Shown here piece after piece: positions 34,805-43,900 of a DNA stretch of 64,000 bases. The position numbers and the translations under genes are program-made. The notes beneath the pieces are model-generated. The model had not been told where the DNA came from. It saw only the letters and a list, made by a program, of their open reading frames with translations, and searched no databases. How positions within the stretch are numbered: position 1 is the first letter of the stretch; each line of letters opens with the position of its first letter. Where the stretch lies: the IMG/VR virus record IMGVR_UViG_3300049846_000628, positions 62,001 to 126,000 of that record; one strand, given 5' to 3'.

Positions 34805-36409
34805 TTAGTTACAGTTCCAACGACGAAGGGCTTTGTTGATTCTGGAATCAGGGTCTCTTGCAGTTTCTGTAGATGTAAGTCTCTTTTTCATTCCAGACAT
34901 ACGTGAGCAAAATGATTTACGTCTTGATGCTCTTTTACCCGTTGGATTTTTTTCAGTCACTGCTGTTTGAAGTTTTGAACCAGGATTCTCGCGGCGATAA
35001 GCATTAACTGCTTTTTGACTCAAACCATCGGTCTTATCTTGACGATTGACCTTCTGCCAATCTTCATTCAAACCCATTTCTGCTCGCCAATTAGAAAATC
35101 CTTCCTTCTTAACGCAATTTGGAACCATTCTTTTTCCTTTCTTTTTCATTCCAATCTGCTCATATCCATCCCAGCAGTCCTCACTTACTTTCATTTCTCC
35201 ACTATCAACATAATCTGCTGCAGAATCTAAATAATCTGCTGCTTTAGTAATTTTGGATTGAACCCACGCCTCAATATTACCCTCACCTTTCATTTTTTTC
35301 TTTAATCTCTTCGCAGCAGCAATAATGGTTGAAATCTCAGAACGAGCCATTGAGTGTTCGTGATCATATGACTCTGGGAAATTTCCAGGATGCACAGTGG
35401 CGATATTATACTTTAGTTGATTTGTAGTTAGTGCAGGAGGCATTGAGAACATATCCCAATACTTTGCTCCATATTTGCACTCATCTCTCGTCTCGTCTTT
35501 TTTGCACTTTGGACAATATCTGATCATTTGAGTCTCCTCTGACTTAGTTCCCCAATTATCAGCACCAACCTTACGACACTTGACCAGTGCTCCAGATGCA
35601 TATGCACTTGGCCAAACGTCATATCTTGATTTTACTTTATTATAGCAGGCATCTTTTTTACCACTACCTTTGCCTGGTTTATCTTTTTGTGCCTCGTTAA
35701 TTTCCATTGCTTCCTTGATTCCTGGTTCTGCCTTTACATAATTAGGATCTTCTTTACCTTTAGCAAAAGTGGAAACCATTGTTGGTTTGGATCCACCCGT
35801 TTTTGCTTGTTGACCTGGATCTTTTTCTCTTTTCCTACGAACTGCTGATCTAATTAAAGATTCACCTTTTTTACCCTTTGCCTTTAGAGATGCTAATCTT
35901 GCACTACTAAAACATTTTGGTGTTTTAGTTTCTCCTGGTTCATTTGCACAAGGAGATCCATCTGCTTGAACCCATCCAGGTTTGCCTTCTTTAGAACGAG
36001 AACCCTTAAACCAATGATGGAGAGTTCCTTCACTTACATCTTTGAATTTTTTATGATGCTTTTTAGCATCCGCTTCCATTTTTTTCAAACGAGTGTAATA
36101 ATCTGGAATTTCATCAAGATGTTGTAACGCAATATCAGTTGCAAGATCTTTATCTTTAGTGTGTTCACGTTCAATGGGAATACCCATCTCAAGTTGTCTT
36201 TTTATGAAAGAAACTTCAAGACGATGCTTCTTTGCAATTTGTTCAACTGTTTTATGAGGTTTGACTTCGTGCATTTCTCTAAATGGAGACTTTGATTTAG
36301 TCTCTTCACCCCCTTGTCTTTTTTTACGAGCAGCACAATGAGCTTTCTGTGAGAATCCACTTGGACTATCACAGTTTATTGATCTTTTATACTTATCAGA
36401 CCAACTCAT
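34805..36409 (-). CDS. Basic multi-module protein (candidate polyprotein)
   Basis: 534 aa; about eight short Lys/Arg-rich modules, most with Cys pairs, separated by Glu-containing linkers. Confidence 0.8.
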   Translation of the reverse strand: MSWSDKYKRSINCDSPSGFSQKAHCAARKKRQGGEETKSKSPFREMHEVKPHKTVEQIAKKHRLEVSFIKRQLEMGIPIEREHTKDKDLATDIALQHLDEIPDYYTRLKKMEADAKKHHKKFKDVSEGTLHHWFKGSRSKEGKPGWVQADGSPCANEPGETKTPKCFSSARLASLKAKGKKGESLIRSAVRRKREKDPGQQAKTGGSKPTMVSTFAKGKEDPNYVKAEPGIKEAMEINEAQKDKPGKGSGKKDACYNKVKSRYDVWPSAYASGALVKCRKVGADNWGTKSEETQMIRYCPKCKKDETRDECKYGAKYWDMFSMPPALTTNQLKYNIATVHPGNFPESYDHEHSMARSEISTIIAAAKRLKKKMKGEGNIEAWVQSKITKAADYLDSAADYVDSGEMKVSEDCWDGYEQIGMKKKGKRMVPNCVKKEGFSNWRAEMGLNEDWQKVNRQDKTDGLSQKAVNAYRRENPGSKLQTAVTEKNPTGKRASRRKSFCSRMSGMKKRLTSTETARDPDSRINKALRRWNCN

Positions 36410-36421
36410 TGAAAAATTAAA

Positions 36422-36844
36422 TTACTCTTTATTATTTAGAAAACCTTGTTTGAGTAGTTTTGAAAGTTCTGAAGTAGATCCAACAAATACTGCATTATTA
36501 GTAACATTATTGGTGGTTTTGACCGTATCTTCTTCAACGTCTTTAAGTTTCTTTTGAAGATCAATTAACTTATCCGTAACATCACCAACACTTTTAATGA
36601 GTTGTCCCGCTACTTCATATGCTCTTGGAGATCCACCCTCTCCTGCAAGCTCCATAATTCCATTAATTGCTTCTTGCCCTTTCTCTATTAAAGAATATAG
36701 ATTTGCTCTAGTATATTCATAATCTTTCTTTATATCATCATTCTGTATTGGAACAATGTCCAATTTATCAGCAGGTTTTTCTACCTCAACAATACTACTT
36801 TCAATATTGAAAGTATCATCTAATCCTTCATAATTTTTAGTCAT
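36422..36844 (-). CDS. gp16: Terminase small subunit
   Basis: DYEYTRANLYSLIEKGQEAI, PRAYEVAGQLIK and NNAVFVGSTSEL. Confidence 0.95.
   Translation of the reverse strand: MTKNYEGLDDTFNIESSIVEVEKPADKLDIVPIQNDDIKKDYEYTRANLYSLIEKGQEAINGIMELAGEGGSPRAYEVAGQLIKSVGDVTDKLIDLQKKLKDVEEDTVKTTNNVTNNAVFVGSTSELSKLLKQGFLNNKE
36433..36439 (-). promoter_or_regulatory. Late promoter variant CTAAATA inside the end of gp16
   Basis: About 24 nt upstream of the 534-aa ORF start. Confidence 0.45.
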
Positions 36845-36858
36845 AATTTTAAAGTTAA

Positions 36859-37656
36859 TTAAATATCAGTTTGTTGAGTTGGGCTATAAGTTCTTGAATC
36901 TCCAAAAGACATCCAATCTTCATCATATGTATAATTATCACCTGGATCTGCATCATATGGATTCGGTTGAACTGTATATCTCATTTCACGTTTAGCAGTT
37001 TGTCTATTTGTATCTGCATAAAGATCAACTTGAACCTTACGAATAAGACCTTCAGTTGTCTCTGCAATAGGACCAAACAGATAAGTCTTAGCAGTAAAGT
37101 TAAAAGTATATATCAAAATTCTTCTAGTGGAAAAATCTCCCTCATAATCATCAGTAAATGATACATTATCTAAAACAACAGGAACGTCTCTCTTTTCACC
37201 TATTGAATCAATAAGATCAATACTTATATTGAATGATGGTTGGAAATATGGTAAGATCTGTTCAACAACCTGTAATGCATCATCTTGAAGTTTAGACATT
37301 AAACTCAATTGAAATCCAATATTGTACGGAACTGGAAGAAAAACTTTTTTCAAATTAGAACCATCACATGCTCTAAAAGTTTGAGTAATATTTGCTTTTC
37401 TTGTTGGATCATATTGAATTGAATTCATTTCAAATGATAATCTAGGTAAAGTCATAGCAATTGGTTTATTTAACTCCGGTTGCTGCTCAATTCTAGCCAG
37501 AAATTTTTGAATAGGACCGTATGCTAGGGGAACTTTCATTTCACTAATACTATCACCAGAAGAATCTTTATGTCTGATGTAAATATCATTAAATAAAGTT
37601 CCAAAGGCAATAGTGGTCCTTCGGATAATTTCGTGATAGTGATAAGTTCCTAGCAT
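36859..37656 (-). CDS. gp15: Tail sheath stabilizer and completion protein
   Basis: AFGTLFNDI, VPLAYGPIQKFLAR, LPRLSFE and EQILPYFQP. Confidence 0.95.
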   Translation of the reverse strand: MLGTYHYHEIIRRTTIAFGTLFNDIYIRHKDSSGDSISEMKVPLAYGPIQKFLARIEQQPELNKPIAMTLPRLSFEMNSIQYDPTRKANITQTFRACDGSNLKKVFLPVPYNIGFQLSLMSKLQDDALQVVEQILPYFQPSFNISIDLIDSIGEKRDVPVVLDNVSFTDDYEGDFSTRRILIYTFNFTAKTYLFGPIAETTEGLIRKVQVDLYADTNRQTAKREMRYTVQPNPYDADPGDNYTYDEDWMSFGDSRTYSPTQQTDI

Positions 37657-39047
37657 TAAAATATACCGAATGGATTGGACTCTGAGAAATCGATGATGCC
37701 GTCTGCTTCATTTTCGATTTCTATGTTTTCACTGTATTTATCATATTGGTCCCACTTATCATAAGATTGAACAGAATATGTTGCACTCGATGCAGTTCCA
37801 ACAATAAGTTCTCCAGGATAGAATCCGCGTCTAGCAACATCATCTACTAGAGAAACCTTAAGGACTTTAGTATCTTTATCCCAGGATTTAACACGACCTC
37901 TAATTCCTGAAGATGATCCAACAACTTCTTCATTAAATTTATATGTGCCTATACCACTAATGGTAGGTGGTGCCGCAATCGTAATTGTTGGTGCAACAGT
38001 ATATCCAGCGCCTGGATTTGTAATTCTAATCGAGCTAATTGTTTGTCCAGATCCAACAATAGCGATTCCAGTTGCAGTTTGACCTGTTCCAACAGATCCT
38101 ACAATACTTACAATTGGTGAATTAACATATCCAGATCCTCCTCCCGTTACATTAAATCTCACAATACCATTCAGTGCTGTTTCTATTGAACAAGTTGCAA
38201 TCGCACCCGTTCCACCACCACCAACTATTGAAATCGTAGGTACAACTGTGTATCCAACTCCTGCATTTGTTAAAAGGATAGATTGAATTGAATATACACC
38301 AGATTTAGATGTTGTAATAGCTACAGCAGAGGCATTTTGACCGCCTACAGGAGCTGAAGAAATTGCTACGGTGGGTGTTGATTTATAACCAGATCCATCG
38401 TTAGTTAAAAATATTTGACGGATGTATCCACTGCCTATGACCGCATTTGCTGTAGATGTTGATCCAGTCCCAATAAGTTGTAAAGTTGTTATATAACCCT
38501 GATCTTCAATTTGAGTATCAATTTCATCAATTGTCGTATCAATAACTTCATCTTCATATTCAAAAAGTTCGCATCTCAATTCATAAACATATAACTTACC
38601 CAATTGATAAAAATTAACTTCATGTTCAACAAATTTAACTTCAAAAAGTCTTTGTCCAAGTGGGAAATAAACTAAATCACCCTCTCTAGGTCTTGATGAC
38701 AGAACAATCTCATTATCATCATCATTTTCCAAAAAGGGAGATATAAAATCTTCAAATCTCTCTTTTGATAAAATGATACTAAGTTCATCTTTTAAACTAA
38801 CACCAAACTTAGTAAGAAGATCGCCTTGTCCAGTATAACCATCAAAATTATTAACGTATGCTTCAATAGCAAAGTTGTCGTCAAATTTTGATGACTGTAT
38901 TTCTTTAATTATAGTTTGTTTTCTTACAAATTTTCTTGGGATATAAATTACCTCAACTCCATAAATACGAAGTTGTTCATTTATCAACTCTTGAATGAGT
39001 CTCTGTTCATTAGGTGATCCTTGTAAGAAGAAGGGATTGAGAGCCAT
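37656..39047 (-). CDS. gp14: Neck protein with an inserted repeat region
   Basis: NPFFLQGS..EQRL, YIPR, PREGDLVYFP, FEVKFVE; four GxGY...P repeats inserted centrally. Confidence 0.92.
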   Translation of the reverse strand: MALNPFFLQGSPNEQRLIQELINEQLRIYGVEVIYIPRKFVRKQTIIKEIQSSKFDDNFAIEAYVNNFDGYTGQGDLLTKFGVSLKDELSIILSKERFEDFISPFLENDDDNEIVLSSRPREGDLVYFPLGQRLFEVKFVEHEVNFYQLGKLYVYELRCELFEYEDEVIDTTIDEIDTQIEDQGYITTLQLIGTGSTSTANAVIGSGYIRQIFLTNDGSGYKSTPTVAISSAPVGGQNASAVAITTSKSGVYSIQSILLTNAGVGYTVVPTISIVGGGGTGAIATCSIETALNGIVRFNVTGGGSGYVNSPIVSIVGSVGTGQTATGIAIVGSGQTISSIRITNPGAGYTVAPTITIAAPPTISGIGTYKFNEEVVGSSSGIRGRVKSWDKDTKVLKVSLVDDVARRGFYPGELIVGTASSATYSVQSYDKWDQYDKYSENIEIENEADGIIDFSESNPFGIF

Positions 39048-39889
39048 TATCCAATAAAATCGTAAGGTGGAAGTTCATAATCCATAGACATTCTTTGTCT
39101 AATGTTTTCTAATTCTCTTTCAGCATCCTCATAAATTTCTCTACCATTCAATTCAATACCGCCTGGTAGTTTAACGCCTCTAAATTTAATTAGATTTTGA
39201 CCCCATTGCCTCTTCATTAAGGCAGTCAAATATCTCTTAACAAAACTATCATTATAAACTTTTGTAAAATCATTTGGATCTAAAATCCTATAGCAATCTA
39301 TTACTAAAAATGTATCTTTTGCTTTTGATTGCCAGTCAATATCTAAGTATAGTCTATTCTGTCTTTTATTAAATCTAATTTGCTTATCTGTTGAGAGTAA
39401 AAAATCAATATCTTCAAGATATGTTTTTACCATTGAATATTGCAAAAGTTCTACAGAATTAAAATAATACAGATCATTTAAAAATAACTGATATTTAATA
39501 CTAAACATACCAGCAGATATAGAACTGGTGTCGAACTTAAATACTTTTTCTACACCAATAATTGAGTCTGGAACTTGAATGAAATTAGAGTTCTCATAAA
39601 AATTAAAAGACGTAGATCCAACACCACTGATATTAGTGGTTCCGGTCGTTGTTACAATTCCAACTCCATTAGTTCCTTTAGCACTTGCTCTGTTTAAATC
39701 AGATTCTGTAATTTTATATTTCAAATACATTCTTTCTACACCATCATAATGCCTCTCTTGAAAGAATTGTAGTGCATCATCAACTAGATCATCAATTTGG
39801 TCATCCGCCAAGTTAATTTCTAAAACTGGAGCACCTAGTCTTCTTAGACAATAATCTATCAATTCTTGTCTACTTGCTGGTTTAGACAT
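39047..39889 (-). CDS. gp13: Neck protein
   Basis: CLRRLGAPVLEIN, KRQWGQNLIKF and LPGGIELNG; start MSKP at 39889 (TGATG coupling). Confidence 0.95.
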   Translation of the reverse strand: MSKPASRQELIDYCLRRLGAPVLEINLADDQIDDLVDDALQFFQERHYDGVERMYLKYKITESDLNRASAKGTNGVGIVTTTGTTNISGVGSTSFNFYENSNFIQVPDSIIGVEKVFKFDTSSISAGMFSIKYQLFLNDLYYFNSVELLQYSMVKTYLEDIDFLLSTDKQIRFNKRQNRLYLDIDWQSKAKDTFLVIDCYRILDPNDFTKVYNDSFVKRYLTALMKRQWGQNLIKFRGVKLPGGIELNGREIYEDAERELENIRQRMSMDYELPPYDFIG

Positions 39890-40257
39890 CAGTAAAATCC
39901 TCCGTCGATGGCGTCTGACCAAGTTGGAACGCCTGAACTATTTGTTGAAATTATATAGTTAGTTTCTGATATAGATACTGCAGTAGTTCCAGTTGAAACT
40001 AGTTGATCATTTGAATCAAAATATGCAACACCATAAGATTGTGCAGATGGAATATATAATCCACCATCAATGTAAATATTACTTTTGAAAGTACTTACAC
40101 CTACAAAAGTAGATATTCCACTTACATTAAGTTGAGTTACTGATGCTATACCGCCTATTACATTTGTGGCATTTGCGGCAAATGCTGATCCACCTGAAAT
40201 TGCTGAAATTACCTTAACAGAATTCTGTTGCCCAACTCTTACTTTAATGTCGGACAT
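39889..40257 (-). CDS. Hypothetical structural protein
   Basis: 122 aa; fibre-like VSGISTFVGVSTF; coupled to gp13. Confidence 0.7.
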   Translation of the reverse strand: MSDIKVRVGQQNSVKVISAISGGSAFAANATNVIGGIASVTQLNVSGISTFVGVSTFKSNIYIDGGLYIPSAQSYGVAYFDSNDQLVSTGTTAVSISETNYIISTNSSGVPTWSDAIDGGFY

Positions 40258-40598
40258 TATCGGGTGACCCCTTCTCTTACAAGAACCATTCCTTCGATTA
40301 CTCTTGTTTTTTCACCACCCAAGTCAATGACTATATCATATACATATCTTCCTGGTTTTAAATTAGATGTTTGTGATGAAGACAATGATATAGTAATTTT
40401 TCCTAATGTTTCTGGAGGTATGATGTTAGAAGTAAAAGTAGTTCCAGTAGAACTTCCTGCATATTTTCTCATCTGAGCAGAAACTGTATATCCAGTTAAA
40501 TCAAGGGCTGAATTACTATCACTAGATTCTAAGTTAAAAGTTTGTGCAAAGTTTGCTCCAGCATTAATTACAATGTTATTAACATATACAGCTGCCAT
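40257..40598 (-). CDS. Hypothetical Ig-like/BppU-like structural protein
   Basis: 113 aa; DLTGYTVSAQMRK...PGRYVYDIV; late promoter upstream. Confidence 0.7.
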   Translation of the reverse strand: MAAVYVNNIVINAGANFAQTFNLESSDSNSALDLTGYTVSAQMRKYAGSSTGTTFTSNIIPPETLGKITISLSSSQTSNLKPGRYVYDIVIDLGGEKTRVIEGMVLVREGVTR

Positions 40599-40620
40599 TT
40601 ATTTTATGAGATCTACTTCT

Positions 40621-40628
40621 TATTTATA
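40621..40628 (-). promoter_or_regulatory. T4-type late promoter TATAAATA
   Basis: Exact consensus upstream of the 113-aa ORF and neck genes. Confidence 0.75.
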
Positions 40629-40800
40629 TTTCAATTGAACCTAGAGAATTAATAACCTCTTGCTGCTTTAAATATAATTTACAATATAATTTTGAAAACT
40701 CTTTGAGTTCATCATGACTTAGTTCATCAATAACCCTTGAATGTTTTTCAAATTCAAACATTTTATCAATAGACTCAAGTTCAATTTCATTTGGATTCAT
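40624..40800 (-). CDS. 58-aa NblA-like protein (not in ORF track)
   Basis: Hand translation MNPNEIELESIDKMFEFEKHSRVIDELSHDELKEFSKLYCKLYLKQQEVINSLGSIEI*. The F-x12-SHD-x2-K-[DE]-F spacing matches the recalled Nostoc NblA sequence. The ORF is likely real; the NblA call is less certain. Confidence 0.55.
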   Translation of the reverse strand: MNPNEIELESIDKMFEFEKHSRVIDELSHDELKEFSKLYCKLYLKQQEVINSLGSIEI

Positions 40801-40987
40801 TAATTAACTCCCTAAGTAAAAATTTAATTTCATCAATATCTTTTTTCATTTGATCTAATTCTCTTTTTTGAGAATCTCTATGATGTAAACTATTTACATA
40901 TTGATTATAAGAGTGAACATCGCAATTTACAATTGCACCTGTAGTTTCATCCCGATATAAATTGGGGTGTCCTTTAACTGGAATCAT
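40787..40987 (-). CDS. Small hypothetical protein with a C-terminal coiled coil
   Basis: 66 aa; ATGA overlap with the 2398-aa gene. Confidence 0.75.
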   Translation of the reverse strand: MIPVKGHPNLYRDETTGAIVNCDVHSYNQYVNSLHHRDSQKRELDQMKKDIDEIKFLLRELINESK

Positions 40988-43900
40988 CTGATAGCAATAC
41001 TCCTTAAATCTTTGAATCTTGGTGCGTATGCTTGATTAGTTCCAGACATTACGATTTTGATCGTGTATCCAGTAAACTCTCCAAGATTATTAGCAGTAAA
41101 GTCATACTCTAAGAATTGATTTTCCAAACTTGCAGGTACGAATGTATCTGGTAATCCACTATTATTAGCAGGATTGATCACATCAGGGTAACCATCTTGA
41201 TTTGCATCAATGGTGAGATTGTTATAACCAGGGAATAGTTCAAATGCTTGCTCAACTTCACTAGAGTCTGGTCTAATGAGACTGTAAAGAACTCTAAAGT
41301 CTGCTGATGCGTGTCTGTATGCACCTATGATCACTTTAAGAGTGGTTGCAGGTTGAGACAGTCTCACAGTGTTAGAGACGTATACTGCAGCGTGTGGATC
41401 GTCAATAAGTGAGTTAACTCTGTTATCTAAAATGTAATTTGAAACAGGGCTATTTAGTCTGCTGCTAAGAAGTTGTGCTGAACAATTCTTCCAGAAAATC
41501 ATTGGAGACAGATTGTTATCTGTCGTTGATAGATTTATCTTTGCAGTGAATGATTTATTTCTAAGCAGACCTCCAAGATAAGTTTGCTCATTAATGTTTG
41601 AACAAATAATTCTAGTTGAAGAAAGTTTATTTTCAACTCCAATCTCAACATCTTCATATCCTTGATCTTGGAAAGATACTTCCGAACCATCTACACTTGT
41701 TCCACTTACTGAGCGAATTTGTGCAGAAATTTCAGTCGCTGCTCCAGGGACTAGGGAAAGAATTTCTGGAATAATGTTATCATATTGAATATTTTCAGTA
41801 GATTGAACATTATTTCCACCACCAGCATATTCTGCATTAAATGATAGTTGTGGAGATGAAGCAAGACTTCCATCTGAACTTCTATTTATTGAATTTGAAT
41901 CAAAGTTTGATCTATCAAATTCAATATAGTAACTATCAATATCATTACCAGTATCACTAATATCGTGAGTCTTATTGATTCTTCTTAGAGAAACGCCACT
42001 TAATTCGTACTTATAAACAGTAGAACCTGATGGATGATCTAAGATGAGAGTAGAATCAACTCCTCTTGTAATTGTTGTTAACTGACCAACTCCAATGCTC
42101 TCATACTTTATGATTTCATTTTCAATCTTAATATAACCAGGATTAGAAGCACTAACTGCTACACCCTCAAAAGTTGTAAAGTTTGAAGTTGAAGCTACGC
42201 TAACTGAAGTTCCTGATGGTGAAAGTAATGCAGATAATGATGTTGGTGGAACATTAGATTCTACATCATATAAGGTTACCTTATTATTCGCGGCATACAT
42301 TCCGTGATCAAAATGATTTACCTTCATAAAGTTTCCATCATAAATTCCACCCACAGCAGTTGAGGACAGGATAGAAGTGCCTGCAACAGATATTGCAGTA
42401 CCATTATCATAATAAACTAATGTAGAAACTCCTACTGTAGTGAATGATGCTGCTTGAACATTTGAAAGATATAAAGTATCTACGCCGGTAATTCCTGTAA
42501 TGGTTATTCTAGCGTCATTTCCAGATGCTGGTGAAATATCAGATGTCTTAATTCCAACAACATCACCTACTGCATATCCATTACCACGAATGGTTGGTGT
42601 TACAGCAGTTATCACTCCATTGGTTGCAGTTACATTAAGTTTCAGTCCAGAACCACTACCAGAGATAGCATAAGTTCCTACATTTGAAGTTGTAGTGTAG
42701 TTTGTTCCACCAGTTGTAATCCCAACAGTAGCAACTGAACTTCCAGTTCCAACAATGTAACCATAATTATATGGTTTGATGACTTCTCCAACTTTTCTTC
42801 CAGTTGTGAGAATCCCAATCATATTACTATCAGTTGTAGTTGTTATACCAACAGCAAATCTTCTAGGTAATGTTGTGATTGGATTATTTGGAAGAGTTGG
42901 AACATATCCATTGCTCTGATTAAGAGTTGGATTGTGGAAAAGAACGCTTCCAGATGATGCTGTGAAGTCTGCTTTATACAGTTTGAATTTGAGATCTTGA
43001 TACTGATTTGCTGTCCAGATAGAACCGTTTTGTGACTTGAATAGACTTCCTATAGCAAATTGTCTTGTATAACGAACACTTTCGGCATCAGGTAGTGTTG
43101 CAGTATTTACAGTTCTTTCACCCATTTCTGCAATCCAAACTTCATATTTGTCGGATTGTGGTGCTAGAAGCACAATAGCATATTCTAATCCTGGAGCAAG
43201 ATAGATTGGATAATCAAATGTTACTTTAGTTGCTACAGTTGCATCTCTAGAAGTTTGAATTTGCTCTGGTTTTAAAGTAACTGGATTTCCAATAACAGTT
43301 CTAGTTGGAGTGCCTAGTTCAACAGTTCTAACTTCAACCGTTAATGGTGCATTGTTTGGATCCTTGCTAGCAAAATAGATATCAACAGCAGTCAAATATG
43401 CACCATTGGAATCATCATTTGGTGAATTTCCATTTGTATCTTCCAGACTACCACCCACTGAGAATGATTGTGCTAAAGGATCAACAAAGTAAATGTTAGT
43501 TGATGATGTAACTATTCTTTGTCTGGTTTCCCACCTTCCTTCTGCCTTATAAACTGTTTCTGCAGATGAAATTAAATTACTACCTGGTAGAGGAATTTGA
43601 TTAGTTGCACTTGAAGTTAGTTTATAAACTTTAGAACCAGTTGCAATTCTTACTGGAGGTGCTGGATTTGTATTAGGATCTCTTAAGAAGAATGCACCCT
43701 GAAGATCACCATAATTATCAGAAATCAATCTTACATCTTTTACATAAGCAATAGCTCCACTTGTGGAACCAACTAACTTCATACCAGTAACAACGTATCC
43801 AGAGTATAGACCTTGTGCTTCCTCACACAATGAATCAATATCAACGTTTAAAACCTTGGAGGTTGCACTATATGATGCTGGAATACTTTCACTCTTAACA

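Noticed and set aside
39890-39922. Arg-rich N-terminal extension of gp13 (MVRRHRRR)
   Set aside because: It overlaps the upstream gene; TGATG coupling supports the start at 39889.
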